Counted from the first letter of the stretch, positions 39,906-55,139 are shown. The stretch: DNA of 64,000 bases from Malacoraja senta (GCA_038087875.1 CM075993.1:4466001-4530000); one strand, 5' to 3'. Made by a program: numbers and translations. The notes: generated from the letters alone by a model not told the origin.

Positions 39906-42900
39906 TCTTAAAAGCCACCACTGTGGGCTGAATGGACTATGCTAAATATTCTGAAGTTCAGAAGATTTTAAAAGGATTAAATGTTAATGTAGAACTTTCA
40001 TAGACCCTACTTAAACGGTCTTAGAATGAATAGAAGTCTGCTCAAATCTCTCAATACGCTACCAGCAGGGAGAGGAGCCCATGTCTAAGCATCCATACAC
40101 TGCCAACTTGAATCACCAGCATAAAATTCACAGCTAGACTGCATACACCAAATGCAGTCAGTTGTAAATATATCAGATTGGACGCTGCAATATAACAAAA
40201 TAATGCGTCAGAGTTAAAGCACAGCTAGCTCAGTTTCTGTTTAATTTTCTGTAAGAACAGCTTGAAATTAAAATAAGTTGCCAAATCCATTCTATGGGTG
40301 AACTCAACGTGTGAGCTACAGTCAGGGGGTTTTACCTCTCGTTGCAGATTGGTGAGGTGAGGAACAGAATCATATTCAATTTACACGCACAAATAAAGTC
40401 CATGCAGAGAACAACATTTGCAGCACTTATGCCTGCTTTGCGAGGCACTTCTGCGTTTAGAGGCTGTGTGTATTCTCAGGACACATTATTTATGTGCACT
40501 TATGGGTCTCACTAACCATTGAGAGCTTCAGCTGAGCCACAGAGAACAAATGCAATGTTCCTTAGTGAAACTCTGTAATGTCCGATACCCTTTAATGGAA
40601 CCTTAAGATGAAAGATTCTAAAAAAAAGTTCCATCAGAATTTTAAGCAATTAACCCTCTGAGTACATGTACCGTCTTACGAGTAAAGTCCACATTGAATA
40701 TTTATTTTAATTATCACAGTACTCTATGCTTAAAGATTACAAAATCCAATTCAAGTCAGTCCATTAATGTGAATGTCACAGAACCTTATACAATACAAAA
40801 CTGCTGAAATCTAACAGTACAATTTCCAACGTAAAATTCACTTTCACTATAGTTTAACAACTATTTATCTTTCACCATTTTAGGAAGTGCATTTAGAGCT
40901 CGATTGCAAAAATAAATTCCTCCATACTTCTTGTTTTATCGATCGCAGTACATTAAGCTGCTATGATTTTGTAAAACATTATTTTGAGCAAAATACTCAA
41001 AATTAATTTTATAAAAATGGCAAATAGGTCAGTCTCAGATTAAGCATGTAACCCACGAGCCCGCACACGCTCTGTCATCGCCCAAGTTCTCTTCTTTTGT
41101 TATAAGTACAATTTTAACCACATGTTATATGTTATAGAAGGAACTGCAGATGCTGGAAAATCGAAGGTAGACAAAAGTGCTGGAGAAACTCAGCGGGTGC
41201 AGCAGCATCTATGGAGCGAAGGAAATAGGCAACGTTTCGGGCCGAAACCCTTCTTCTTATGAAATTAGGAGACAGTTTTGACTTAGGAAAATAAGAAAAA
41301 ATACGCAAGTTTATGCACAGTGTTTTGTGGAATTAAAATTAAGGAAATTTCTTTTCCGAACCAGGCCATTATGCATTATGCATTATGCATTTTTTGCTCC
41401 AGATTCCAGGTGCTGGAATCTGGAGCAAAAAATTAAACTGCTGGAGGAAGTCAGTGGATCGAGCAGCATCTTTGGAAGGGAAGGGAGAGAATTGCCGTTT
41501 TTTGGATTCAGTTCCTGAATTATTCCCGATGTTGTGTCTCAGCTCGACACACTGGTAATTCCTGAGCACCTCCAGCAATTTGTTCTTTTGCTCCAACTTA
41601 AAGTTACAGTTTGACAAGATTAGCATCTCGCCAAACACAAGAAAGCGAAGAGAATTTTAAAGCAAGCACCTGACCTTGTTAGTATTCTTTGATGCACTGA
41701 TAGGATTGTGCCCAATTTCTGAATTAATGAAACTACTGCACTCTGTTTGTTGGAGTAAGACATGTTATCTTTGGGGATTTAAATTCCCAAATCAAAATAC
41801 CCAGGTGCATAAAGGCTCAATTTTCTCATTCGTTAAATGCTTTCTAACATGCACATTTATCATTAAATTAGCAAATGATGGCAGAATCCACACAACTAAT
41901 TAACTTTATGCCCCCAATACATATCCCTGTATTTGAATACAAAGGTGTAGGAAGGAACCACATATGCTGGTTTATACTGAAGATAGACAGGAAATGCTGG
42001 AGTAAGTCAGCGGCCTTTTCACGCCTCCAGTTTATTTCCCCACCCAACCCCCTCAACCTCCTCTACTTTCAGTCTGAAGAAGAGTTCCGACCCGAAACAT
42101 CACCTGCTCTTTTTCTCCAGAGATGCTGCCCGGTGGTAACCCGGTGAGTTATGCCAGTGTTTCGTGCCTATCTTTTGACTACAAAGGAATCTGTTTAGTT
42201 TATTCCCTTAAACATTATTGTTTTATCTGCGCTACTCGCAAATAAATTGACTGAATGCATAATGGCCTGGTTCGGAAACGAATGGAGGAGGGTGCAGAAA
42301 GTGACGGACATTGCCCAGTCCATCGCAGTTACTGACCTCGCCGCTGTCAAAGGAATCTACAATCACTCCTCAAGGAGGCAGCTGATAGCAGAGATCCACG
42401 CCACCCTAACTGCTTCTCTCGGGAAGATGGTATGGGAGCCTGAGAACTGTACATCTAGGTTCAAGAACAGCTTCTTCCTATCAACCATCATGTTTTTGGA
42501 GCAAGCTGCACAACTCTAACCACTATCTTACCTCAATTTTCAGAACCACTTAGTACTGTTTTGCTCCATTCACTTTGTTCTGTGCACTAAGATCTAATTT
42601 ACTTTGAATAACTGACAATTGATTGTATATTTTCTGTAGGTCGAATTGCAGTAAGAAAGAATATCACTGTTCCTGTTCACATCCAGGGCACGACACAAAT
42701 AAATGCTATAAATAATCTTTTTAAATGCACCTTTAACGTGAAGTGGAAATACAAGTTTAAAAAATCCACGATTTAAAATCCATGATTTCTATAGAGCTAA
42801 TGTTAGGAAATAAAATGTAAATCAGATGCTGGAAAAACCAGAGCGATGGTATTAACAAACAATAACAGAGAACTGAAGCAAATAACCCCATCTAAGAAAT

Positions 42901-43124
42901 GTACTACCTAGATCCTGAGAGGAAAATGCCTAAACTGAAACCAAGGATCTCATGTCTCTGGTTAAGATTATTATTTTATTCCACCTTGTCTCCTGCCACA
43001 ATTTCCGTCGACAAAATGGAACTAATTCACAACTATTTACATAGTTAAGCAGTAACTTGAGTCACAACTATCAGTTCCTACCAAGAGTTTCCAGCACTCT
43101 TTGCATCAGAGTGTCAACAAGTAA

Positions 43125-43436
43125 CACAGTAGCGCTGCGGTAGAGTTGCTGCCTTACAACACCAGAGAACCGGGTTCAATCCTAACTATGGGTGCTGTTT
43201 GTATCGAGTTTGTACGTTCGCCCTGTGACCGCGTGGGATTTGTCCGGGTGTACTGGTTTCCTCCCACATTCCAAACGACGTTGCAGGTTTGTAGGTTAAT
43301 TGGCTTCTGTAAATTGTCCCTAGTGTGTAGGATGCAAAACTGGGATAACATAGAACTAATGTATGGGTGATCGTTGGTTGGCATGGACTTAGTGGGCTGA
43401 AGGGTCTGTTTGCACACTGTATCTCTAAACTAAACT
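43125..43436 (+). mobile_element. HE1-like V-SINE
   Basis: Head, V-domain and ctaaactaaac tail. Confidence 0.8.
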
Positions 43437-43660
43437 ACCAGAGTGCCAGACGTGTCTGCCAATGTAAATGTGCTTTTGAAGCAACAAAGCCACTGTACAT
43501 ATTCAAAAAGTTTAACTTAATCAGCTGTCATTCAACAAAAGGAACTCCTGGTGTTTGTTAATGCAGCTGAGATCTCTGAATCTGATTTATATACATACTG
43601 AGAAGTAAACACACTCATTTTGGCTTTCCAGCACACCATTTGCCTCGGCAATACAATCTA

Positions 43661-43999
<339 letters not shown>

Positions 44000-45519
44000 T
44001 TACCTAGATTAATTCATGTTGGTGATATTTAGATATGTCTACTATAAATTTTGCTTTAAAATATGTAGCTCTGAAACACGCATTAACTACTAACTAATCA
44101 CGTTTGTTCATATGAATACACTAGTCAGTGATGAAGCAGAGGCAACTTAAGAAATCAAAAAGTTCAGATTACAAAAAACACATTGGCAATGTATAACTTA
44201 GAATGTATGAATATTATTGTCACCAATTTAATTGCAATTTATATTACAAACTATAAGTGTGTGCATTTTCCTTTAAAACATTTCCTTACGAATCTAAAGT
44301 GGCACACAACCCAAACAAAAATAAAACTGAATAGCTTAAACCCTAACGTCCTGGTGCAAGTTTCAAATCCAGACTTAAAGTTGTAACATAGAAATCATGA
44401 CAAGTTCATTCAATAACTTGGAATGAATTCATAGAACTCCAACATTCAAAATTAAATTATGACATAAGATGGATGGATATTCCTCTCCCAAACCTTTGAA
44501 TCTGTTGTGTTACCAAGCACTGAGCTCAAAGCAGAAGACCTGATGCAGAACTCTGTTAGCTTATTGCAGCAGGGAATGCCAGCAGCACATTTTTAAACAG
44601 AAGATAAACGCTAAATGCTGGAGTAACTCAGCAGGATAGGCAGCATCTCTGGAGAGCAGGAATGGGTGATGCTTCGGGTCGAGAGCCTTCTTCAGAGGGA
44701 CCCGAAACGTTACCCATTCCTTCTCTCCAGAGATGCTGCCTGTCCCGCTGAGTTACTCCAGCATCTTGTGTCTATCTTCGGTATAAACCAGCATCTGCAG
44801 TTCCTTCCTAACAGATGTGCTGAAATCAAAAGTTCAACCATTATTTTCCAACGGAAAATAGGGAGATAAAAACCGCACGATGTGCAGACAAAATCTAACC
44901 CTAAAGCCAAGTTGTAGCTTCAATCGTCACGTATTTGTTACAAATTCCCACGTGTACATTTACAATAGAAATTTGACACTCCAAATAGGCTCCCTCGCCG
45001 GAGATGAAACTGCAAAAACATCTGCTAATTTTGGGTACATAAATACACTCTGAAAAATTAAAATGGTAATCCACACTGTAAACAGCCTTTGTTGATAAGT
45101 GAAAATGTTGGCAAGAAATATGCGCAGAGAGAAGCCACACCATTTTCATGTCTAATAATTAAAAGTGGTGTACCTCACGGTACACGAGTTGACACGCCAA
45201 TGTCACAAAGGCTCAAGCTATGCTTACTGTCAGAGGGTGTTGCTGCAGGTCCCTTTTGCAGACCATGTCAGTACCGAAGCAGCAGCCCAAGTTTCACCAC
45301 GAGCTGGGAAATTATGCAACACACTTTTAAAAGATCTGCAAAATTACCTGATGTACTTTTCATCGAAATAACTGAGATCAGGAGGACATCACGCGAGGGA
45401 TTTTTGCCCCAATAAATGTTACAATGAAGCGATCCCCAATAATTTCAGAACAATATACTGGAGGAACAGTAAAATAAGGAGACAAATGACACTCATCTAC
45501 AAGAAAGAATAGGCTATTA

Positions 45520-45612
<93 letters not shown>

Positions 45613-47464
45613 TTAAAATAAAATAAATGATTTAAAATGAATTTACAGTGCATATAACCAATATAAACATTCAGCAAAATTTCATTTTAAATGTAATGGG
45701 CTAGATGTACAAAAAGTCCAGAAAGAATGCCTGAGAGATTCTATTATTTTCCTCAAGAAAAAAAGTTTTGTCTAATATATTTCAACAAATCATCACTGCT
45801 TAGTCGTGGAAACAAACGAACTGCAAATACTGGTTAATACACAAAAGAACAAAGTGCTGGAATAACTCAGCAGGTCAGGCAGCATCTCTGGAGAACATGG
45901 ATAGGTGATGTTTCAGGTTGAGACCCTACTTCAGACTGGAAGCACGAGTCTGAAGAAGGGTCTTATTCCGAAATGTCACCCATCCATGTTCTCCAGAGAT
46001 GCTGCCTGACCTGCTGAGTTACTCCAGCACATTGCGTCCATTCATCACCGTTTCTTTACATGCGGTTAAAGTTGGTCCATATATTGAGCTATTTAATTAG
46101 GTTTCACAACTTATCAGAGCAAATATATGACTAAGGTGGCTGTGCAGATGCCTAAGAAGGGTGTCTACCCGAAACGTCACCCATTCCTTCTCTCCAGAGA
46201 TGCTGCCTGTCCCGCTGAGTTACTCCAGCTTTTAGTGTCGATCTACATAATCATAAGGACTGACATTCCTTCATCATTGCCATATTGAATTCAAATAATC
46301 TGATACCCAGTGGCCAGGACCACAAATAACAGCCACAAAACTAGAGAGAAAAGAACAATGATTCACTTAGACCATTCAGGGAAAGGAAGCTGCTCTTTGC
46401 CTGGTTCAGCCTTTACAGCCTTTAGTAGCACAGCTGGTGGAGCTGCTGCCTCACGGAGACAGAGACCCAGCTTTGATCCTGACCTCTGTCTGTATGAACT
46501 TTGCATGTTCTCCCTGTGTCAGCATGAGTTTCCTCCGGGTGCTCTGGTTTTCTCCCACAAGCCAAAGATGTGTGGGTTTGTAGGTTAATCAGCCTCTGTA
46601 AATGCCTCCTAGCGTGTATAGAGTGGTTGCGAAAATGGGATACATAATACTCGTGTGAATGGGTGATCGATGGTAGGTGTGGAATTCAATGGGCCAAAGG
46701 GCCCATTTCCATGCTGTATCTCCAAACTAAATTAAACCCCAATACATGTGGCACAACAGAACTCAGAAGCACTGGTTTTACTGGTGACATAATACGTCGG
46801 ATTACAGGCTTACACGAACAAAAACATTGACATTTTTTAAAGCCATTAATTCCAACCTGTGTATTAATTTAACATTAAAAAACATACAAAATGCCAAGGA
46901 TACTCAAAAATCAGCCAGCAGGAAAGAGAAAGGTTAAGATGCTGGAACTTTACCTTTGTGTTTCTTGCTCCAAAGCTATACAAGATGTTGACAACATTCC
47001 CAAATTTATTACAAATTAACAACAAAACAGGATATGTTTCATTGCTCAATTATCCATATATTTTGCAGGAATAAATGAATGAAGGGAACCTACAAACTAT
47101 GGGTTACATTTAAATGCATATTTGATTAAATTTCATATTTTATTTGCTGAACTAATTTACTTTCCTAGTAACAGTATCCAAAACTATTGTCAAATCCAAA
47201 GCTATCCGACCTATGGATTTGGAATACAAGGGTCAGGTAAAAGAGGAGCAGGGAATTCGAAAAATGTACCAAAGACCAGCACCTGAGACAATATTTATAT
47301 AAAAGTGATATTTTAAGCATTTATGTGATGCAGATTTATTCATTATTCTTGTAACTGATGGAACACGGATTGCATTAAACGGCTAAAAGTTCCATTTGAG
47401 ATAATTCCCACCTCGAGTTGCGCATCTAATTACTAAAATATTAGACACTGCATCAACTACTCAC

Positions 47465-47566
47465 CCCCAGATATCACAATTTTGGCACTGGTTAATTCTG
47501 GGCGGTCACTTTTAGACAGATTTTGTTCCAACCATTCGGACAAGCCAGCTGCAGATGGAACTGATA
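47465..47566 (-). CDS. ETFA: ETFA coding exon 7 ([35 protein letters not shown])
   Basis: [18 protein letters not shown] motif, 102 nt, ttttcag/gtgagt. Confidence 0.96.
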
Positions 47567-48756
47567 CTGAAAACAAAACAGCAGGAGACCAAAGATTACT
47601 TTTTGTAAAGAAAACCAAAAATAAAACTGCAGATGTTGAAAATCTGAGATAAAAACAGCAAATGCTGGGATCACTCAGGCGTCTGGCAGCATCTGTGGGA
47701 AAAGAGACAGAGCTAATCATTTAGGATCTGACTGTCTGAAAAGGTCAATGTAGATTTTACCACTCGGTGCTAATAAGAAAAATATTTTTCACAGGAAACA
47801 ACTTTGTTTGGACAAAATTTGGTCAGGGCACAAGGGTGGCAGTGTAAAACGAATATTGCACCCTGATAACTGGTCTGGAAAGTTGTTTAGGACATTCTTT
47901 AAAAAAAATAAAAAAACATGTGGTGACATTAGTTAAATTGGTAAAGACATTATCAATGGTGCACACAGCATGATTCTAAAAACAAAGTAAGTGGCAGGGT
48001 AATATACTTTGATGGTGTTTGTTTGGGATTGGAGAATGGCCAAAGGAAGGTACAACTCCTCTTTGGCCATGTGCAGGCACAGTCTAATGTCTTCCCCTAA
48101 TGACGCAACTATCCAATAATATGGTATACTGTTAGCAGCACCCTCAGGTTGGTTGGGTTGAGAGCACAAAATTCAGACGTATTGGTTTTGTATTTAGAAT
48201 TGAGCTTTTGCCAATAAATTGAGCTTTTGCTAATAAATACCACCAAGTTTTTTCTCCCAATTTCTCCGCATATAAAGTATCTAAGAGATATGCAACTCAG
48301 AGCCCTCCGTATTGCACTGACCACAGACTGCTAACTGTGCAGATTCTTAGAAGACACCAGCTGAGCTTGCTGCTGAACTGCTTGTCCGTTAAAGCGCCAC
48401 GAGACTGATGTCATTCCTTAAAATAACTCGGTACGGAATCTCCTACATATATAAATGAATTGTCATGCTCCACAAGTCACCAAGGGTATTTAAGCTTTAC
48501 TTTCTCTATTGTTACCATTAAGCACAGTCTGGTCAGAATTGCTGTTGCTTTTGCTATTTAGAACACAACAAACAGAACAGTACAGGAACATAAGTGACTG
48601 GGTCAGACACAATGGACCCAATGGTCTGTTTAGTTCAATAACCTTTTATGACCATGTTAGAGTAATACTCTTCAGGAAACCGACTTAGTCAAACCTAAAC
48701 ACAAGTTTGCGGCCAGATGTCTGACGCCAACACTTATTAGTCTTAAGGCCGTTTAC

Positions 48757-48867
48757 CTTCTTCAGTACTTGCATCTCCTCCATCCGTAGCAGCAGCTTCA
48801 AAAGCTGTACCTCGCACAGAGAAGACTTTTACTTCATCGCTCGATTTCACCGTGCACAGAGCATTTC
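48757..48867 (-). CDS. ETFA: ETFA coding exon 6 ([37 protein letters not shown])
   Basis: GNALCTVK...VKVFSVRGT motif, 111 nt, ag/gtaaa. Confidence 0.96.
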
Positions 48868-49190
48868 CTATAAACACCCAAGAATCAAGAAAAAAAAATC
48901 TCTTACTTCAAGGTGAACATTGGAGGTCTGGATCTTCTAAAACACATTTGGCTAATTTTTTTGTTATGTTAGTCTCAAACACATGTTTTGGATTACATTG
49001 GAATATATAGTTTCCTAATCAAAAGGAGCAAGCCCACATCCTAAATCCCAACCAATGCACAAATTTAAAGCAGACTAATTTAAGCCACGAGGTATACTAC
49101 AGAAAGCAAGGCAATAATACCGCACATGGTTTCCGCTGGGTTCAAAGAGCTTTTGACATTACTTCAACTTACCAGCAATAGTTTTAGATT

Positions 49191-49539
49191 TAATAATAAT
49201 AATAATAATAATAATGGATGGGATTTATATAGCGCCTTTCTAATACTCAAGGCGCTTTACATCGCATTATTCATTCACTCCTCAGTCACACTCGGTGGTG
49301 GTGAGCTACTTCTGTAGCCACAGTTGCCCTGGGGCAGCCTGACGGAAGCGTGGCTGCTAAACTGTGCCTACGGCCCCTCCGACCACCACCAATCACTCAC
49401 ACACATTCACACGCAGGCAAAGGTGGGTGAAGTGTCTTGCCCAAGGACACAACGACAGTATGCACTCCAAGCGGGATTCGAACCGGCTACCTTCCGGTTG
49501 CCAACCGAACACTTAGCCCATTGCGCCATCTGTCGTCCC
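49191..49539 (-). mobile_element. tRNA-derived CORE-type SINE with an L2-like tail
   Basis: Pol III A box TGGCGCAATGG, B box GGTTCGAATCC, CORE-like GTGTCCTTGGGCAAGACACTTCACCC, tail AGCGCCTTGAG..AGGCGCTATATAAAT plus (ATT)n. Confidence 0.85.
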
Positions 49540-52060
49540 AAAATTTACTAACATGCAACAAATTCAACTATGGCTACTAAGCTCCAGGAGTGTGGCACTC
49601 AACACAAGCACGCACCTTCTCTCTCTCTTATAAAGGACATGTTCTTTTGATCCCTCCCACTCCAGCCCACCCGTTCGTAGCAGGGCCACCAATCAATGAA
49701 AACACAACCTCTTCACCCAATTGGAAAAAAAGGATGACTATCAAAGATCAGTGGCTGGAGGAACTCAGTGAATCAGGCAGCATCTGTGGAGGGACATGCA
49801 TGGACAATGTTTTGGGTCAGGACCTTTCTTCGTATACCATGAGCTTGACCTGCGGAGTTCCTCCAGCACTTTCAAAATTCCAGCATCTGCAGTTTCTTGC
49901 ATCTCCTTCAAAAAACCCTTCATTTCACTAGTCTCTGTTATTATGTCCCTCTCCATCGCTCACAATTTGTTGTCTTCTGGTGATATTCCAGTTGCACATA
50001 CATTCATTTTACAACAATTACAGTGCCTCAATCCAAAAACTATTATTGCAAACTAGATTTATAGATATGAATCGAGGTGGCACGGTGCCTCCTCACAGGG
50101 TTAGAGTCCAGGTTTCCAAAGGAGAGTATATTACAAAACTATGAGAAAAAGCACTGAGCTGATGACCTGATAACGAAAAGCCAAACCCATTAACATCTAT
50201 GCCAAAAGCTCTATTACGCCCAGCCACCCATCCTTCTCAGTCTGAAGAAAGATCCCGACCCAAAACATCACCAGTCCATGTTCTCCAGGGATGCTGCCCA
50301 ACCCGCTGAGTTACTCCAGCATTTTGTGTCCACCCTTCTCAATTGTCCAACTATGCACAAACTCCATTCCTATCCCAACCTTTAAGTATCTGATGGGGCT
50401 GCTCACAGAATCCACGACATCATCACCAAGGTTCAGTTCTTCGTTGCTCAAGGTTCAGTTTTTCCACCATGTACGTCACTAAACATGAAGCTCTATTAAA
50501 TTGAGACTCTTTCACCCATACCCTAAGGTACAACAAATCTGCCTAACCTGACTCTCTCAACTACATCCCATGTTGTCCCCCAACTTAATCAACTTCAACT
50601 CCACGTTCGCTAATCCATTCATCTTTGAATGTCCGCATGTTACATTCTTACTCCACTCACCCCAGCAATCTCCTTTAAGCTTGCATCCTAACTAAAATTT
50701 GTAGCGGGATCTTGATCGGTTGGGCAGGTAGGCTGAGGAATGGTTGATGGAGTTTAATACAGTGAAGTGCAAGGTGTTTCACTTTAGGAAGTCTAACATG
50801 GGCAGGACCTACCCAGTGAATGGAAGGGCTCTGGCGAGTGTTTTAGACCAGAGGTATCTAAGAGTGCAGGTATATAGTTAGATAAGGTGGTCAAGATAGC
50901 TTTTGGCACATTGGCTTTCATCAGTCAAAGAGTATTGGGTACAGATGTTGGGAGGTCATGTTGTGTTTCATTTTGGTCATCGTGTTATAGGGAAAATGTC
51001 GTTAAGCTGGAAAGGGTGCAGAGAAGATTTACGAGGATGTTTCCAGGACTCGAGGGCCTGAGTTAAAGGGAGAGGTTGAGCAGGCTAGGACTTAATTCCT
51101 TGGAGCGCAGGAGGAAGAGGTGATCTTATAGAGGTGTTTCAAGATCATGAGAGGAACAGATGGAGTAAATGCACAGTCTTTTACCCAGAGTAGGGGAATC
51201 AAGAACCAGAAGACATAGGTTTAAGGTGAGGGGGGAAGATTTAATAGGAAACTGAGGAGCAACTTTTTTTTTTTTTTACACAAATGGTGGTAGGTATATG
51301 GAACGAGCTGCCGGAAGAGATAGTTGAGCCAGTTTGGACAGGTACATGGTTTAGAGGGTTATGTGCCAAACTCAGGCAGGTGGGACAAGTGCAGATGGGG
51401 CATGTTGATTGATGTAGGCAAGTTGGGCTGAAGGAATTATTTCCAGTCTGCATGACTCTATGACTAACTCTGTCTGCCTTTTTTTTGTTGTAAAATCTGC
51501 CCACGAGCCACTTTCACACACCTATCATCCCTGGAACCATCTTCAGGTTATTCACCCAAATATCCTGAAGCTGCCGCCCTTTCTGTATCCCTTCTCATGC
51601 TCAAGCGCCTACTCAAAATCCTACAACCTTGGCTTCAGCTCTGTCTCCTAAAATCGCAGTTCTTGATCTGGCATCCCCAAATACTTCCGGCTGATAGAAT
51701 GCCTTTGAATAGTCACTGCATTCGGGTGCAAGTTGTTGCAGCAAATGAGATATGTGACACATCTGCCTGTTTTGAACAATGGAAGTAACCACTGACAACA
51801 GCTTGCGTGTTCTATACAGGGCATCAGAAGGGAAATAAAAGATTTAGTGCAGCAGATGGAAGAAATGTAACAATAAAACCTTAAGTGGACTCTTCTTTCG
51901 TTCCAAGCCAGATTCTAGTGAATTATAGAAAAGAATACAAATGGCTCAAAGAGTACTTTAAGAAACAAGTTAGGCTTACATTCAACGAAATGGCAAATTA
52001 AGTCAAGCCACTAATTTTCTTATACCATCAATCTAGCGTCAGGCTCCATCTTATTCCTAC

Positions 52061-52160
52061 CTGCGTAAATGGTTCTGACAAATGTGTCTGGAGCTTTAAT
52101 TTCAATGATATCGGAGATGGCAGCAACATCAAGCTTTGCAGCTATTCTGGGCAGAAGATT
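52061..52160 (-). CDS. ETFA: ETFA coding exon 5 ([33 protein letters not shown])
   Basis: Close match to NLLPRVAAKL...ISDII...[11 protein letters not shown], 100 nt, tttgcag/gtagg. Confidence 0.96.
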
Positions 52161-52347
52161 CTGCAAACAAATGGAAAGCCACAAATAAACTATTTTCTAC
52201 AAAGTGTGAATGTTTACATATTTTTTTTAAAGAAGTAACACCAATTTGTTATTTTCACGTTGCTTTATGTTCAGCTACTTTGATTGGATTCACCAGCATT
52301 ATAATTTCCCAGGAATCTAGGCGATGAAAGAACCAGATACTAATGCA

Positions 52348-52557
52348 TTTAAGAAGGAACTGCAGATGCTGGAAAATCGAAGGTAGACAAAAGTGCTGGA
52401 GAAACTCAGCGGGTGCAGCAGCATCTATGGAGCGAAGGAAATAGGCAAAGTTTTGGGCCAAGTCTGAAGAAGGGTTTCGGCCCGAAACGTTCCCTATTTC
52501 CTTCGCTCCTTAGTTGCTGCTGCACCCGCTGAGTTTCTCCAGCACTTTTGACTACCT
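52348..52557. mobile_element. Palindromic PLE-terminus-derived element
   Basis: Inverted arms, hammerhead core at 52464, 14-bp TSD cagatac(t/g)aatgca. Confidence 0.8.
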
Positions 52558-52869
52558 CAGATACGAATGCAAGTCTCGAACAATCTGAGGATAACAATGA
52601 GGATCTGATTCAAGGAAAGGACGACAGCTGGAGGAACTTTGCGGCTCAGGCAGCCTCCGTGGAGGAAAATGGACAGTCAAATATTTCAGGTCGAGACCCT
52701 TCATCTAGACCGGTGGAGGTAGCCCGTACAGTATAAAGAGGTGAGGGGAAGGATGGGGCAAGAGCTAGCGACTGAGAGGTGGATACAGGTGAGGAGGGAT
52801 TGATTGACAGATAATGTTTGAGGAAACAAGAGGAACACTTCACTTGGGTATACTATCATCCAACGATAT

Positions 52870-53172
52870 TAGTTTAGTTTACTTTAGTTTAGAGATACAG
52901 CGCGGAAACAGACCCGTCAGCCCACCGGGTCCACGCCGACCAATGATCCCCGCACATTAACACTACCCTACACACACTAGAGACAATATTATATTTACCA
53001 AGCCAATTTACCCACAAACCTGTACATCTTTGTAGCGCAAGAGGAAACCGAAGATCTCGAGAAAACTCACACAGGTCACGGGAAGAATGTACAAACTCCA
53101 TACAGACAGCAGCCATAGTCGGGATCGAACCCGGGTCTCCGGCGCTGTAAGGCAGCAACTCTACCACTGCGT
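52870..53172 (-). mobile_element. HE1-like V-SINE
   Basis: Reverse-complement head, V-domain and tail. Confidence 0.8.
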
Positions 53173-53353
53173 CACCTTACCGCTGCTCTCCCTTCATTCT
53201 GCAGTCTCTTGTGCGTCCATCATCAGATTTAGTTTTATATCCCACTACTCTGTCCCGGAAGTACCCTTAATGATAATACATTAGCTGGGAATACGTTGTA
53301 TGCTTTAAATGGACCTTGCAGCTCAGTATTTTTTCGTCTCTCTATAAATATTC

Positions 53354-53832
53354 ATAGATACATAGATACATAGAAAATAGGTGCAGGAGTAGGCCATTCG
53401 GCCCTTCGAGCCTGCACCGCCATTCAATATGATCATGGCTGATCATCCAACTCAGTATCCCGTACCTGCCTTCTCTCCATACCCCCTGATCCCCTTAGCC
53501 ACAAGGGCCACATCTAACTCCCTCTTAAATATAGCCAATGAACTGGCCTCAACTACCCTCTGTGGCAGAGAGTTCCAGAGATTCACCACTCTCTGTGTGA
53601 AAACGTTTTTCCTCATCTCGGTCTTAAAGGATTTCCCCCTTATCCTTAAGCTGTGACCCCTTGTCCTGGACTTCCCCAACGTCGGGAACAATTTTCCTGC
53701 ATCTAGCCTGTCCAACCCCATAAGAATTTTGTACGTTTCTATAAGATCCCCTCTCAATCTCCTAAATTCTAGCGAGTATAAGCCAAGTCTATCCAGTCTT
53801 TCTTCATATGAAAGTCCTGACATCCCAGGAAT
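53354..53832 (-). mobile_element. Young CR1/HER1-like LINE 3' fragment
   Basis: Uninterrupted frame IPGMSGLSYEERLDRLGLYSLEFRRLRGDLIETYKI...FTQRVVNLWNSLPQ...GIRGYGEKAGTGY*, followed by a (CTATGTAT)-type tail. Confidence 0.92.
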
Positions 53833-53867
53833 TCGGTTGCTTCTCGATGCTAAAACACTTCTGGTAT

Positions 53868-54245
53868 TAGACATAAAATGCTGGAGTAACTCAGCGGGGC
53901 AGGCAGCATCAGGGGAGAGAAGGAATGGGTGACGTTTCGGGTCGAGACATTTCTTCAGACTGAGAATCAGGGGAGAGGGAGGCACAGAGATAAGGAAGTG
54001 AAAGGTATGAAAAACAAGACATCAAAAGGGATGCAGCTCAAGGAAAATGTTGAATACATCAGTGTTAGATAGGAGTAGGTTACAACAAAGCAAACAGAAG
54101 TAAAAATGTAATCAGGGGGACAGTTAGACTGGTTGGAGAATTGGCAATGGAGAGGGATGGAGAGAGAGGGAAAGCAAGGGTTACTTGAAGTTAGAGAAGT
54201 CAATATTCATACCGCTGGGGTGTAACCTGCCCAAGCTAAATATCC
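53868..54245 (-). mobile_element. Penelope-like element 3' end
   Basis: Minus strand reads IFSLGRLHPSGMNIDFSNFK*, followed by a pyrimidine-rich UTR and a degenerate hammerhead-like unit at about 53931-53958. Confidence 0.8.
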
Positions 54246-55139
54246 ACCGCTTGTAAGTTGTTTTAAATTATCCCTTTCACTTTCCATAGCTGCTTTTTGA
54301 AACTCTAAAGAAGGGTTGGTGTATGAACATCCAAAATGATACCACAAACATTTGATATTTTTATTTACATTAACTATATCCACAAAAGTTGGCACATTCT
54401 TTTTTTTTCCCCTGATGATCATTTGGTTCTTTTTTTAATAATTCTCAGAGAAAGTATGTTCTGTTCCCCTTCGCTTCTACGCGTTAAAGTAGGAATGTCA
54501 GTCAAAAAGCAACAAATAGTGGGTAAAGTCAGATGATTACAATCTAGCTGGGAATCACAGAAAATAGTAGAATTCAGCCCAGAGAAAAGAGCAGAACTAA
54601 TTAAATAAAACAGAACTTAAGATATAAAATGTACTGTTTAATGCACAGTAATTCAATTGAGATGCCATTAAGCCATTGACCTGACAGCTCCAAAACAATA
54701 TGAAGGATTGCAAGGGAAGCTGCAGGAAGTGTTATTGCAATTTGGGTCTCTGTTGAAGGACTAGAGAGCATTATCAACCACTTACAGCATTAAACTTCTC
54801 GTCAAAGCGCAAGTGGACACTTTCCAGCAGATTCTGTTTCAAATATTTTCAGAATCACAATGAAACTCCAACAAGGTTGTTATTTGGACCATCTCCCCTG
54901 TGCTAGCTGTTCGATAGAGCTCCATAAATAATCCTATTCCTCTGCTCTTTACCTTTTGTCCTTTTTATTCCACCCTTTCAGGCATTACATAAACGGCTCT
55001 CTTGAAATCACTATTGAATCCACTTCGATCGCCCTCTCAAGCTGTGCATTCCGAATCACTTATAAATCGTGTTAATCAAATTCAAACCTGGTGTCCTATC
55101 TAACTCTGTAATGGGCACATGGCACTGGGTAAAACTTAC

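Noticed and set aside
49470..49539. tRNA gene (also the heads of HE1-like copies)
   Set aside because: The A/B boxes belong to SINE heads and run directly into SINE body sequence.
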